This document shows positions 1 through 9,947 of a stretch of 64,000 bases of DNA, piece by piece. Position 1 is the first letter of the stretch, and each line of letters starts with the position of its first letter. Source of the DNA: a virus. Lineage: Duplodnaviria > Caudoviricetes. The translations under genes were made by a program, and so were the position numbers. Below the pieces are notes generated by a model. That model was not told the origin of the DNA. It was given only the letters and a program-made list of their open reading frames with translations, and ran no database searches. Location: the IMG/VR virus record IMGVR_UViG_3300021511_000007, positions 1,191 to 65,190 of that record, one strand, 5' to 3'.

Positions 1-2
1 GT

Positions 3-1814
3 TCGATTTCCGGTTCTATGTGTCAAGTTCCCAGTATCAACATCCGCACTAACTACAATCACTCCCTCTGCACAATCATAAGGTATAACATGCGCCGCCC
101 CACTTCCAGCAATCACAACGTTACCCCACTCCTCAACAAAACTTACCGTTCCGCCGTAGTCCCATTGATCAAGGGAGGTGGAAACCCCAGGAGTCTCTAC
201 CAGTTCTGTATCCACAACATCACAAACTTCTCCGCTTATTTGGCATTGAGACAGTTGCACATCTTGCCCGCCAGCTACTGCAGTTGGACCGCTCCAGGTT
301 AACCCATCAGCATCCACACCCACAGACCTAAAAACGTTTTTATATTGAGGTGTTTCTGTATGGACGGCCAATTCTCCGCCAATCTCAATCTCTATTATTC
401 CTCGTGTTCCGCTGGTTATTACACGCTTTGTTCTAGCAATCGTCTCATTGCAAAAATAGAACGATCCATTGATTAGCCCAGGACATGGGTTGCTTGTTTC
501 ATTATGACTCTCTTCGTACTCTCTCGTATGACGATCAATAACAAGTGTGTTATTTTCATAACTCGCGCCTTCAGCCCCATACCAACACAGTAGAGGCACA
601 GCTTCCGCGGTCTCTGTGGTAGTAAGCGCCCCCAGCCCGCAAGCCGCTACCACATGGCACATTAACTCTTGTCCAGGAACCGGATACCAAATCAGTTCTC
701 CATCCTTAAACAACCAGTCATGTTCTTCTTCCACCGCTCGTGTTACGGAGAAATCTCCAGCAGATTTATTTATCTCAAGAGTAACCAAGCTAGTATGAAT
801 AGACATGACGTTACACTCCGGATTCCCCGGCTCGATATCATTATCACTCCCCGTATACTCATGAAGAACAATTGCAAACCGATTCCCGCTCCAGTTCCCT
901 TTCCAGGAATAGGCCAGCGGCATTCCGTCCGGCAGATCTGTTCCGGTTATCTCAACCGTCCGGGTTGTAGTGGTAACGGAAGAACAAGCCAATGCGTGTG
1001 CCTCTGCAACCAATCTGGCACTGCCGTAAGGCGTGCTTTTTACTTCCGCCACCCATGCGGACGAAATATTCAGCAGCGTGAACGTCACTTCCGTACCATT
1101 GGTAATTGTGACATACCAATACACGCCAGCCTCTTCCGTATAAAGCCCCATCGTAGACAAAGAAGGCGCTATGGAATTGATCGGCGGCAGAGGCAGGGCC
1201 GGCACATACAACTTCAGCGCCAGCTTTGCTTGGGTCAAAAGCTTCAGTTTCCCCGTATTGTTCCCGGCTTTTTTCGTGACGGTCATTGACCCCTCGACCT
1301 TAGAAAACAAAGAGTCTTGTTCGCCAGGGCCGGGGGGGTTGGAGAGGAAATCGAATGAGGGAGGGTATGCGCCGTGTACCACGTCACCCGGCTGCGGCTG
1401 GTAAATCGCCTTACCGGCCGTTAATGGGTACAGGCTCAACAGCCTGGGCGACTGATACAAAGTGAGCGGCGTAATAGTATTAGGATCAGTTCGATTGTAA
1501 TCGGGAACCCCCAGAAAACCGGAGTCCATGTAACACTCAACCTCTATCTCCCCGGCCCCCGGCCCCTCAGTCACGCGAATCATACGTAAAGGCGGCAGAT
1601 ATGGGGTTCCCGCCGCATGTCCACCCATGGTACTTTCTTTATAGAAAGCCCCTATGGTTATGGTCCTCGTAATACTGCCGTCCGGATCAATGCGCTTATG
1701 GCTGATGAACTGCGGAGTGGAGAGCCCCTTGAACCGCGACTCGTGGTCACCGAACTTCTCCCGGTCCCCCGGCAGCCGCTTACCAGTTCCGTAAATGGAC
1801 CCGCGGACCTTCAT
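3..1814 (-). CDS. Putative virion/tail protein, partial (runs off window start, >600 aa)
   Basis: Not in the ORF track because no stop codon lies in the window. ATG at 1814 overlaps the TGA of the upstream gene. The frame reads open where spot-checked (MKVRGSIYGTG..., YSWKGNWSGNRFAIVLHE..., ...VVSADVDTGNLTHRTGNR). Function inferred from position. Confidence 0.7.
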   Translation of the reverse strand, partial: MKVRGSIYGTGKRLPGDREKFGDHESRFKGLSTPQFISHKRIDPDGSITRTITIGAFYKESTMGGHAAGTPYLPPLRMIRVTEGPGAGEIEVECYMDSGFLGVPDYNRTDPNTITPLTLYQSPRLLSLYPLTAGKAIYQPQPGDVVHGAYPPSFDFLSNPPGPGEQDSLFSKVEGSMTVTKKAGNNTGKLKLLTQAKLALKLYVPALPLPPINSIAPSLSTMGLYTEEAGVYWYVTITNGTEVTFTLLNISSAWVAEVKSTPYGSARLVAEAHALACSSVTTTTRTVEITGTDLPDGMPLAYSWKGNWSGNRFAIVLHEYTGSDNDIEPGNPECNVMSIHTSLVTLEINKSAGDFSVTRAVEEEHDWLFKDGELIWYPVPGQELMCHVVAACGLGALTTTETAEAVPLLCWYGAEGASYENNTLVIDRHTREYEESHNETSNPCPGLINGSFYFCNETIARTKRVITSGTRGIIEIEIGGELAVHTETPQYKNVFRSVGVDADGLTWSGPTAVAGGQDVQLSQCQISGEVCDVVDTELVETPGVSTSLDQWDYGGTVSFVEEWGNVVIAGSGAAHVIPYDCAEGVIVVSADVDTGNLTHRTGNR

Positions 1815-2860
1815 CAGACATTCTCAGTTACCGACTGCCCACCACTGCCGGACAGCGCAACATTCGAGGCCGAAACCAGCGCCTGGAGATACCCTGTGCT
1901 CAATGCCGAGTCCGCCTCATGGGTCTTGCGCTTCAACTCACCGATGCGATCAACCTTATCGATCGCGTACTTAACCACCGCGTTCGCGTCGGCAAGGGCG
2001 TTTTTGCTCTGAAGCTCGGTCCATCCGCGCCTTTCTGCTTCCGAAGCCACAAGCGCCCGGAGTCGATCAGATTCTGCCCCGAGATACCCGAGCATCAACC
2101 TAACCTGAGAATCGTAGACCCCAGCCATGGCCGCATTGATATCCCGAAACCCGCCGGTCAGCACACGATAGGCATCCACCTCAAGCGTGTTCTCCGCCTT
2201 GTAGGATTCGAGAGCCAGCTTCGGTCGCTCCAGATCATGCTCGATGTGCATCCCGTGCAGGGTCTTCACATCCGCCCGCAACCACTCCCCCTCGGAGACT
2301 GCCTTATCCCTTGCCACCGATGAAACACCCTCGTCCGTGGCCTCCTCCGCCTCCTGGAGCCCGAGCTGCAACGCGGCGGTAGATCCACCTACACCAAGCC
2401 TTCCGGCTCGATACACCGCATCCCTCTCGCCCTTGGCGCTCTGCCGAGAAATCCGCTCCTGCTCCCGGTCATAAAGCGCGTCGAACACTGCCGCCGAGAT
2501 CAGTTGCGAATCGGCAGCCGGAACCACATAAGCGTCGGGAACCGTAGGCGCAGGTTCGATTGTCGGCGCGGAAACGGTCGGCTTGTCCGGGAATGCCGGC
2601 GTATCCGGCCCAAGGGTGGAAAAATTCGGCACATCCGGCCGGGAATAGGTGATATTTATCCCCCCGGTCGCGGGGCTGTAGTCGATCCCCGCCATATCCG
2701 CAGCAATCTGCTCGGTCAGCACGCCCAGATCCTCCAACCGAGTCTGAGAGTCCGCATAGGCGGACTCCGCCTTTGCAAGAAAAATATCGATGTACTTCAT
2801 CACCGCGCAAATCGTGCGGTTCGAAAACAGATTGCTCGCGCATACCACGGAGTCAGCCAT
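1814..2860 (-). CDS. Putative virion structural protein (348 aa)
   Basis: Long alpha-helical, Ala-rich ORF in the contiguous late operon. Confidence 0.65.
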   Translation of the reverse strand: MADSVVCASNLFSNRTICAVMKYIDIFLAKAESAYADSQTRLEDLGVLTEQIAADMAGIDYSPATGGINITYSRPDVPNFSTLGPDTPAFPDKPTVSAPTIEPAPTVPDAYVVPAADSQLISAAVFDALYDREQERISRQSAKGERDAVYRAGRLGVGGSTAALQLGLQEAEEATDEGVSSVARDKAVSEGEWLRADVKTLHGMHIEHDLERPKLALESYKAENTLEVDAYRVLTGGFRDINAAMAGVYDSQVRLMLGYLGAESDRLRALVASEAERRGWTELQSKNALADANAVVKYAIDKVDRIGELKRKTHEADSALSTGYLQALVSASNVALSGSGGQSVTENV

Positions 2861-2862
2861 AA

Positions 2863-4125
2863 CTACCTCAGCGTAAATAGAATCTGGGGGGGAGTTGTTC
2901 TTTGTGGGGGATAAATTCCGCTGTGCTGCCGATAGACGATATCCGCCGTCTTCCCAACCACATCGAGTTGGTGCTTATCGTCCGTCAGCGCAAGCATCCG
3001 CCCGTCCGACGTGCCGCACATCAACCCCGCATCGGAGACGAACAACGCCACATCCCCAAGCGCATCCACCCCACCGACAAGATCTGCGTCCAGCACCAAA
3101 CACCCCTTGGCATACTGCCGAGCATCCTTGCGGGAGGAAGTCACCCAGGCCCCCGGCACATCCCCCTTGGTGAAATACGCGCCGCGCTCGCACACCAACC
3201 AAAATCCGAATTCCAGCCCGCCACCCGCCTGAATGACCCCCGGCCGCTCCTCCTCCGTCCGGTGCAGCTCGAACAGATGGATCGCCGGCCCAAACGACGG
3301 TTGCAGATACCGCCCATGGAATGTAATCACCATGCCGCCGAAAGAGAAAATCCCATCCCCCGGCACAACCGGCGAAAACCCCCGCGTGCGCAGCGGCTCA
3401 TCGGATACCGCCACGTCACTGACCGTCACCGGGAACACCCCGGGCACCGCAGACCCAACGAAGAACAGATCCGTCCCATTGGTCTTCGACGCGAACACCC
3501 GAATCAACGCCGCCTCGGAATCAGGGGCCGGAACATCAACAGTGATCGCCGCCGGACTGGCCAGCGTGATTACCGCCGACTCACTCGCAGCGTGTTCCAC
3601 CCCATTGGCATCCACATACAAAACACTGACCCGATACCGCCCCGCCGGCAGAGTGCCGGATGTTTCCCCCAGAGTCGGTGCCGCCGGCCTCGTCAGACTC
3701 CACGGCTGATAGGCCCCGGTGCTGTCGATCTTCCCGCTCTCCAGCCCATTGGTCCAAAGAATCCAGTTCTCATACTCGTGGAATATGACTTCGGCAGAGG
3801 CATTCAGCCCCGTCACCACGTCCGCAGTAGTCCAGGTGGCAGTATCCGTAACCCGCTTGATCGTTCCCTGGTCCTGAAAAACCGCCATACCAAGCCCGCA
3901 GAAGGCGCTCAAGCCGCTCGTCGCCGCCACCCTTTGCGTTGTCCCGTCCCTAAGTTCCGGGCGGCCCCTGTCGTCCAGATCGACGTTTACGGCAGCAACG
4001 CAGCGTTTCGGACTGGAGTATCCGTTCGGGCCGGCAATCGCGTCGAATATCGGATCGTCTTCGGCATGAAGCGAGTCCATACCTTCCGAGAACGCACCTA
4101 TCGGAATTATGAGTGGTTTCGGCAT
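2863..4125 (-). CDS. Putative tail protein (nozzle/tubular-B-like, 420 aa)
   Basis: N-terminal 'AVNVDLDDRGRPELRDG' resembles podophage tail/nozzle N-termini; internal 'GTLPAGRYRVSVLYVD' Ig-like segment; late-operon context. Confidence 0.55.
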   Translation of the reverse strand: MPKPLIIPIGAFSEGMDSLHAEDDPIFDAIAGPNGYSSPKRCVAAVNVDLDDRGRPELRDGTTQRVAATSGLSAFCGLGMAVFQDQGTIKRVTDTATWTTADVVTGLNASAEVIFHEYENWILWTNGLESGKIDSTGAYQPWSLTRPAAPTLGETSGTLPAGRYRVSVLYVDANGVEHAASESAVITLASPAAITVDVPAPDSEAALIRVFASKTNGTDLFFVGSAVPGVFPVTVSDVAVSDEPLRTRGFSPVVPGDGIFSFGGMVITFHGRYLQPSFGPAIHLFELHRTEEERPGVIQAGGGLEFGFWLVCERGAYFTKGDVPGAWVTSSRKDARQYAKGCLVLDADLVGGVDALGDVALFVSDAGLMCGTSDGRMLALTDDKHQLDVVGKTADIVYRQHSGIYPPQRTTPPQILFTLR

Positions 4126-4259
4126 GGCTCTATGAAAGGCTTCCTCTCAGCATGCTCCGCCTGCTTGCCGGGATTCCAGTCCGAAACGGGCCGGTGGTAT
4201 CCCATGACGCGCGTCCACACTTCGCAGCGTGTTCTTTCGGAGTTTTTCAGCTGTTTCAT
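4107..4259 (-). CDS. Stand-alone NrdD C-terminal (glycyl-radical motif) peptide, 50 aa
   Basis: Hand translation MKQLKNSERTRCEVWTRVMGYHRPVSDWNPGKQAEHAERKPFIEPCRNHS contains the RVxGY..PV..WN.GK..E...R signature of class III RNR C-termini. Start overlaps the upstream stop. Confidence 0.8.
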   Translation of the reverse strand: MKQLKNSERTRCEVWTRVMGYHRPVSDWNPGKQAEHAERKPFIEPCRNHS

Positions 4260-4669
4260 GCCGGCGGCTCCTCTGCAATAGTACCCTCCGGACGATCCCG
4301 GTAAATCGTAAACGACAAAGTGATGCGTTCTTTCCCGGCAAAGACTCCGGTCGTTTGGATGATGCTGGCCCTCGGTCTGACAGTAAGCGCCTTCGGCATG
4401 TCATCCGTCGCCAAGTCCTTGAGCCACTCCTCTGCTCGTGCAGCCAATGCATAAAAAATGGTGCGCGGATCTCCCGTGGTGGCGTTCGCCAGCGCAGCCG
4501 TAAGCCCATGATCGTCCAGCGTCGTAAGCGGGATCTTCAGATCCGTTCCGTCCCATGCATAACCGGGGAACAGATCTTCCGGAGTCTCAAGAAACCCCAC
4601 CGGGGGCAGCGATAGTTCCGCCCCTCCTACCGGGGCAAAACCAATCGGACCGAATCCGCACAGTGCCAT
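4256..4669 (-). CDS. Hypothetical tail-region protein
   Basis: ORF track 4256..4750; likely start MALCGFGPIGF at 4669, just after the preceding gene. Confidence 0.6.
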   Translation of the reverse strand: MALCGFGPIGFAPVGGAELSLPPVGFLETPEDLFPGYAWDGTDLKIPLTTLDDHGLTAALANATTGDPRTIFYALAARAEEWLKDLATDDMPKALTVRPRASIIQTTGVFAGKERITLSFTIYRDRPEGTIAEEPPA

Positions 4670-4673
4670 CGTA

Positions 4674-5312
4674 TTACTCCGCAGCCCACGGCGGAGCCGG
4701 GAACATCGACCAATTCGTCGCGCTGGTAGCCTCAAGCTCCACGAAGTCACCCGCCTTGTTCATCCTGGTGGCTTCGGTCGCTGCCGTGCCGCCGTTGATG
4801 GTTATCCCCGTGTCCCCGAGCACGATCAGCCAGTAGGTTGCATCACCGTCCACCGCTGAGATCCGTATCCGATCTCCCGGCGTACCGGCTGGAATCACAG
4901 CGTTTCGATTCGCGGTAAGCCCTGCAATAGTGCAGGCATGGGTGGTATTGACTACCGTGGTGAGATCAGCGGATGTGATCGTGTTGGCCGCCTGTTGCAG
5001 CGCCATCCTGTCCAAAGACTTCGCTGTAGGCGTCAGGTACAGTGAGTGAGTACCGGAAGACAGCGATATGGCCGCGTCCCCGTTCGTTGAACGATGTACG
5101 GAATCTCGGCTGAGCGTCGTACCGGCATGAGTATAAGTTCCGCGCCCGATCTCCACGTCCGCGCCATCCGCATCAACCAGCGCATAGTCGAATTCCTCGC
5201 CGCCATCGCCGGTCAGCAAAGCGAAGTATTGCGCCGATGCCGAACCTAGCGTAAGTGTTCCGGTGCCGGTCGTCGTCGTTTCGTGAGCGATGCGATTTTT
5301 TAAAAATGCCAT
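4674..5312 (-). CDS. Tail fibre-like protein (212 aa)
   Basis: N-terminal 'NRIAHETTTTGTGTLTLGSA...EIGRGTY...TLSRD' motif typical of phage fibre N-termini. Confidence 0.65.
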   Translation of the reverse strand: MAFLKNRIAHETTTTGTGTLTLGSASAQYFALLTGDGGEEFDYALVDADGADVEIGRGTYTHAGTTLSRDSVHRSTNGDAAISLSSGTHSLYLTPTAKSLDRMALQQAANTITSADLTTVVNTTHACTIAGLTANRNAVIPAGTPGDRIRISAVDGDATYWLIVLGDTGITINGGTAATEATRMNKAGDFVELEATSATNWSMFPAPPWAAE

Positions 5313-5327
5313 TTTCTTTCTCCTCGA

Positions 5328-5720
5328 TCAATACCACGCCACGGCAACATACGGCGTTGCGATGCCCGCAGCAGTGCCGGAATCCACACACTGAACGTAG
5401 GTTACCTCGATCTGCGTATCGTCGAGATTAGCAACAATGATCGCGTCCGTGTCACTGTTGGTGTTGAATTGATCGCCGGTTGCCGCTCCATCCGCAATAT
5501 TCAATTCCGCGTAGGCGTCCGCATCTCCCGTGGTTCCCACTCGGACTGCACCCGCGGTAGTATCGCAGGCGAACGTCTCCGTGATGCCGGTAATGCCTAC
5601 GTCGATCAGGCGCCCGCGGGTATAGCCCGTGGGGGCACGAAAAGCCATGGTTCCGGCTCCGGCTCCGAAATCCTGGGCGGGAAAAGTGTAGGTCAAACAA
5701 AGTGGTTGGCTGGCGCCCAT
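5328..5720 (-). CDS. Putative virion protein (130 aa)
   Basis: Beta-rich Gly/Thr/Ala ORF in the late operon. Confidence 0.6.
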   Translation of the reverse strand: MGASQPLCLTYTFPAQDFGAGAGTMAFRAPTGYTRGRLIDVGITGITETFACDTTAGAVRVGTTGDADAYAELNIADGAATGDQFNTNSDTDAIIVANLDDTQIEVTYVQCVDSGTAAGIATPYVAVAWY

Positions 5721-5735
5721 TGTATTGCTCCCGCG

Positions 5736-6029
5736 TTAATTGCTGTGACTTACCGACACACTGCCCGTGGCGATGGCATCAACATCGATGTTCGCTGTTA
5801 AGCAAATGCCGATCAGCGACTCAAGAATATCGTATGCCACGTTATCCACACTAACAAAAACACTGCCATCCACATCTATTTTGTTTTGCTGTTCCACGAA
5901 CAGCTTTGTTACATTGAACGCAAGCTCGCAGATTGCGCCGAAATTCGTGGTTGATACCGTTTCGATCTCCGGTTTTGTCTGGAGATACTCCAAGATGGCT
6001 TTTTGTGATTTAGTTGGCTGCTCTGACAT
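5736..6029 (-). CDS. Hypothetical protein (97 aa)
   Basis: Co-oriented ORF filling the gap between late genes. Confidence 0.5.
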   Translation of the reverse strand: MSEQPTKSQKAILEYLQTKPEIETVSTTNFGAICELAFNVTKLFVEQQNKIDVDGSVFVSVDNVAYDILESLIGICLTANIDVDAIATGSVSVSHSN

Positions 6030-6041
6030 TTCTCGGTGCCT

Positions 6042-6359
6042 CTATGTCACGGCGGCCTTGTTGACCACCAAATATTGATAGGTTTTGCGGAATTGGGTAT
6101 CCAGCCCCTTGTCTGCTGTAATGGTTACTTCCCGCAGCTCTTCGGTGTTATCCTGGCTTTGCAGCGTAGTATCATCCGGCGTGATATTGATGTAAACGGT
6201 ATCTCCCGGTGTCAGTGATGTAGCTGCACGAATTGCCACATTGGTCTTCAGGCAGTCTATCCGATATTCCAGGGTCGTCGGAGTCGCCGCCACCCGACCG
6301 AAAGTGAACAGATCCACCTTTTCCCGCCCGGAGTTTCCCTCGATATAGTTAGGAATCAT
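6042..6359 (-). CDS. Putative virion protein (105 aa)
   Basis: Co-oriented ORF overlapping its neighbour in the late operon. Confidence 0.6.
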   Translation of the reverse strand: MIPNYIEGNSGREKVDLFTFGRVAATPTTLEYRIDCLKTNVAIRAATSLTPGDTVYINITPDDTTLQSQDNTEELREVTITADKGLDTQFRKTYQYLVVNKAAVT

Positions 6360-6540
6360 GGGAGATCTCCATGGACTGCGTTTCGTGGGTTATTTCCATG
6401 GACTGCGTTTCGTGGGTGACTGCTGCGAATACGATTTGCGCGGTAGTAACTGCTTCGCCTATTGCATACCCGCGGGTAATCACCAGTGCGGCGCTGCCCC
6501 ATGACCCGAAGCCGCGAGTTATGACCGGTGCCATAGCCAT
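6349..6540 (-). CDS. Small virion-region protein with tandem THETQSMEI repeat
   Basis: 63-aa ORF; VITRG motif twice; 27-bp tandem duplication at about 6370-6420. Confidence 0.55.
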   Translation of the reverse strand: MAMAPVITRGFGSWGSAALVITRGYAIGEAVTTAQIVFAAVTHETQSMEITHETQSMEISHDS

Positions 6541-7724
6541 CAGGTTGCCCTCGTGATGCTGGTCGGCGGGACTGCATCCAGCGTCAGTGTGAAGGCGGTA
6601 GTGGAGCCGTCCACCTTCTTGATGGTCATCGTCTTTCCGACGATAGTTATTTCTTGAAGCATTTGCTGGATGGCAAACAGCGCCTGAGCCGGTGTTGGAG
6701 CGGCCCCGTCAGCAGAATATGATTCGGTGAGTTGAGTTGTAAAAATTTCAGCGAATGTGGGCAGCGCAGACACATCCGCCTTGGATGCAGTCCTGGACGC
6801 CGCATCCGTAGTTACATCGCCTGTCACGCTTCCAACACTTCCCGACAGGTTGCCTGTGATATTCATCGTCTGGTTCGGCAGGTTGATGTTTGTGAGTCCT
6901 GCGCCAGCCGTGCCAACCTGGGCAATCAATGAATTTAGGTCCGCACCGTGATCATTTGCGGTCTGCCCTGTTCCAGCTACTTCCAGCACGTTAACATGGA
7001 ATCCGGTTGGATCAGCCTGGCTCTGGGTTTCCCACTCATTGACAATAGCAGCAGCGGTCGGCGGAGTCCCTGTGTATGCCGAATCCGTTCCCCGCATAGC
7101 AGCGCCATCGATATTAATAACATCCGCCGCAATCAAATCGAGAATCGCGTCCAGACGCCCAGCGTTGATCCAATCCGAAAGCACTTGTGCTCGCGCAGCA
7201 GTCAACCGAGAAAGCAGGGTAGTCACTCCAGATGAATCGCTCGGGGTATTCGTGAGGTCCGTTACGGTATCAGCAAGAACAACACCCTGGACCTTGTTCG
7301 TGGTGGGATCATATCCGGCATCCGCAAAATCCTTCAGATCCGTAGCCGACTGCGTATCCCCTCCCAGTTGCACTTGATCAACTTCGAGGTTATCTGTTCC
7401 GGCAAACAGTGAATCATAGACTTTGGCTGTGTGAACGGTACACTCAAGCCGGACCACCAAAGCACCAGCGACATGGCAGAAAATAACCAGCGCGCCAACC
7501 GTATCGGTATCCGTTGCGTCCAGTACAGCATAGTAAATACCATTACTGATGTGAGTTGCTCCCCCGGAATTCTTATTCGCCAACGTAGTAGCACCTGCCT
7601 TGTGCAACTTGATATCCGTGTTGGCAATCGTCAACCCGGTCTCTTCCGTGTCCGCGTCAGTAGTATCGAGAAAATACCCCAGTGGAATCTCTTGACCTGC
7701 AGTGCTTTGGCGCAAAGGAAACAT
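6540..7724 (-). CDS. Tail/fibre-associated protein (394 aa)
   Basis: Thr/Ala/Gly-rich; 'GSVGSVTG' and C-terminal 'DGSTTAFTLTLD' motifs seen in phage fibre proteins; translationally coupled. Confidence 0.6.
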   Translation of the reverse strand: MFPLRQSTAGQEIPLGYFLDTTDADTEETGLTIANTDIKLHKAGATTLANKNSGGATHISNGIYYAVLDATDTDTVGALVIFCHVAGALVVRLECTVHTAKVYDSLFAGTDNLEVDQVQLGGDTQSATDLKDFADAGYDPTTNKVQGVVLADTVTDLTNTPSDSSGVTTLLSRLTAARAQVLSDWINAGRLDAILDLIAADVINIDGAAMRGTDSAYTGTPPTAAAIVNEWETQSQADPTGFHVNVLEVAGTGQTANDHGADLNSLIAQVGTAGAGLTNINLPNQTMNITGNLSGSVGSVTGDVTTDAASRTASKADVSALPTFAEIFTTQLTESYSADGAAPTPAQALFAIQQMLQEITIVGKTMTIKKVDGSTTAFTLTLDAVPPTSITRAT

Positions 7725-8611
7725 CAGATCATCCCTTGGTTACGGTAGTGTTGGAGAAATGGAGGAATTGTTGTTACCGGAGGGGCTCCAGTTGAGATCG
7801 GGAGCCATTGGGGGCCGATTGGCTGAAGAAATGAATATTGACGGTAGTGAAGCGTATTGCAAGTAGTATCCGGTAGTGCTTGCGACCAATATGCGGCCAA
7901 GTAAACCGGCCCCTCCACGGCGCCGGACCAGGTGTGATCAGAAAACAATGCTCCAACACGGGCCGGATCAGTCGACGACTGAAGCACTCCGGTAAAAGAA
8001 TTATCCGTTGTTTTATCCCCTGCGACCCATAACGCCAACTCTGTTCCGCGCTTTCTCACTACCAGCGTTACCAGTCCGGTTGCTGCTTCAGCGGAAGAGC
8101 TGACCCCAAAACCAGCTTGAGAAGTATTATAAGCCGTAAATTTCCATTTATTCGTGCCAAGGTCACTGATGTCTTTATCCTTTATGATTATCCATGAGCG
8201 TTGTGATACGGTTGCCGAATACCCGCCGGAAAATATCCCTGCATAACCGGCATAGCCACCACCCTGGAAATCCAATACTACAAGCGCGGTGAAGTCATCG
8301 GATTGTAGATCCGTCGTGTCCCACTCAACGCAAGCGCCTTCATTCCCCGAGGAGCTGCTTGGAAAATCAAACCCCTTTTTGTGCCTTGCGTTATACGCCG
8401 TACCAACGGAGCCTGTCCATACCGTCCAATTTCCAACCCGTCCACATACCAAATCGTGCCGATCCCTTTGTCCGGGCATCCAACAAAAAGTCGGCGCTCG
8501 AACCCTTTTCAGATGTGAGACCTCAACCGGACCGCTGGGCTTACGCCCCGGAATCCGAAGATCAAGTGCCGCCTGTGTTCTCCGGGGCCGTCTGAGCAGA
8601 GAATCAGCCAT
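7724..8611 (-). CDS. Concanavalin/LamG-like lectin-fold virion protein (295 aa)
   Basis: Aromatic beta-rich domain ending 'G.VYLAAYWSQAL' as in LamG-like jelly rolls; candidate receptor-binding protein. Confidence 0.55.
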   Translation of the reverse strand: MADSLLRRPRRTQAALDLRIPGRKPSGPVEVSHLKRVRAPTFCWMPGQRDRHDLVCGRVGNWTVWTGSVGTAYNARHKKGFDFPSSSSGNEGACVEWDTTDLQSDDFTALVVLDFQGGGYAGYAGIFSGGYSATVSQRSWIIIKDKDISDLGTNKWKFTAYNTSQAGFGVSSSAEAATGLVTLVVRKRGTELALWVAGDKTTDNSFTGVLQSSTDPARVGALFSDHTWSGAVEGPVYLAAYWSQALPDTTCNTLHYRQYSFLQPIGPQWLPISTGAPPVTTIPPFLQHYRNQGMI

Positions 8612-9015
8612 CAGATGCTAATGCCATCAAGACGGACATCCACATCCAATGTGCTCCCACTGTCATCGCCGCCGACAGTATCGTCCGTATCCCTCAGCCT
8701 GGCGCGGACCTTGAATCCGTATACCCCCGTTATCTCCACGCTACGAACCGCCGGATCATCACTTTCACTGTTGCTGAACTCAATAATCTCCCGTATTGCC
8801 TCACCATCGGATTCGTAAAGCGTTCCATCCGCGGTTCTCTCTATTACGATATCGCAATTCTCGGTAGGTGTTGCCTCCGGGTTATAGTCGAATACAATCT
8901 GAGCCAACTCACCGGGATTAAGTGTAATTTCCCAGTCCGCCGCGCTTCGCTGAACAGTCTGATAACTTCCGGTCAGCGCAAGCTGGGTAGAGTTGAGTAG
9001 TGTTCCCCAGGCCAT
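8611..9015 (-). CDS. Hypothetical virion protein
   Basis: ORF track 8611..9042; MAWGTLL start at 9015 is coupled to the upstream stop. Confidence 0.6.
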   Translation of the reverse strand: MAWGTLLNSTQLALTGSYQTVQRSAADWEITLNPGELAQIVFDYNPEATPTENCDIVIERTADGTLYESDGEAIREIIEFSNSESDDPAVRSVEITGVYGFKVRARLRDTDDTVGGDDSGSTLDVDVRLDGISI

Positions 9016-9338
9016 CAGCCTATCCCCCTCAGCTCGGCCCAAACATTTGCGTTGATTTGATACTGAAGCGCAGAGTCATCCGCTGTTGCAGGGCTTCCTG
9101 CTATAGTGGCATTCCGCAGTATCTGCTGAGCAAGTTGTTGGCCGGTCAGCCGTGACTCAACCCGCAAGACGCGAAGCGCATACCCCGCGTCATCGCTCGC
9201 CTGAGCCGCTACCTGCCCCGCTGCCGGAAATCCGCTCTCCCCGGCAAGCACTCGGTTGCATACATCCCACAACGCAGCCCAGCATTTGCCCTGAAAATCC
9301 GCATTGTTCGCATGAGTCCAAATGTCTGTATAACTCAT
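9015..9338 (-). CDS. Hypothetical protein (107 aa)
   Basis: Coupled ORF in the late operon. Confidence 0.6.
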   Translation of the reverse strand: MSYTDIWTHANNADFQGKCWAALWDVCNRVLAGESGFPAAGQVAAQASDDAGYALRVLRVESRLTGQQLAQQILRNATIAGSPATADDSALQYQINANVWAELRGIG

Positions 9339-9504
9339 TACCTTGTTACCTCGGCAGCCTGCTCATAAAACCCAAACGGAGAGTACCCGTTATCCATCGC
9401 CTCCATATATAACTCATACAGCAAGCGACGATACTTATTTATTTGAGCCTCTGTTGGGGGATACGGCGCCCAACCCAGTTTCCAATCCAGCCATTGGTCG
9501 AAGG

Positions 9505-9777
9505 TCATTCTTGAGTCGCCTCGATAATAAACTCGATCACGCTGTCATCCACTCCGCACAGCGTTGAGAAAGCCCGTAACTCCCTCGGGTGCCCGGCATA
9601 GGCTCGCATGACGGCAGTGAAAGAAGAGGAGCACATGCCTTTCGTGCTGTACTTGAGTTGAAGGTCATTCGCCATGATTGCCGCTTGCTCGACTTCCGCA
9701 GCAGCAGTCCGAACGGCAGTGGTTTCGCAGCCGGCGAAGAATCCGGCAGCTACAAGAACCAAAACAAACCGAATCAC
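9505..9777 (-). CDS. Lipoprotein, possible spanin component
   Basis: GTG start overlapping the holin stop; signal peptide with lipobox (IRFVLVLVAAGFFAG-C). Confidence 0.55.
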   Translation of the reverse strand: MIRFVLVLVAAGFFAGCETTAVRTAAAEVEQAAIMANDLQLKYSTKGMCSSSFTAVMRAYAGHPRELRAFSTLCGVDDSVIEFIIEATQE

Positions 9778-9947
9778 TTCTCTTCTCCCTTCTCTTTCAA
9801 CACCACGCCGAGAACAAAAGCAGCGAGCGCGGCCCCGAAAGCGGAGTATTGAACCCACTCCTCCGAGGAGATCCCAGCCGCCAAAGCAAGGCCACCAAGG
9901 GCCGTCCACGTTGAGGGTTCCTTCAGGCGCAGCAAAACTTGCTTCAT
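9774..9947 (-). CDS. Holin-like small membrane protein (57 aa)
   Basis: Hand translation MKQVLLRLKEPSTWTALGGLALAAGISSEEWVQYSAFGAALAAFVLGVVLKEKGEEK; RLKEPSTW motif, two hydrophobic segments, charged C-terminus. Confidence 0.65.
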   Translation of the reverse strand: MKQVLLRLKEPSTWTALGGLALAAGISSEEWVQYSAFGAALAAFVLGVVLKEKGEEK

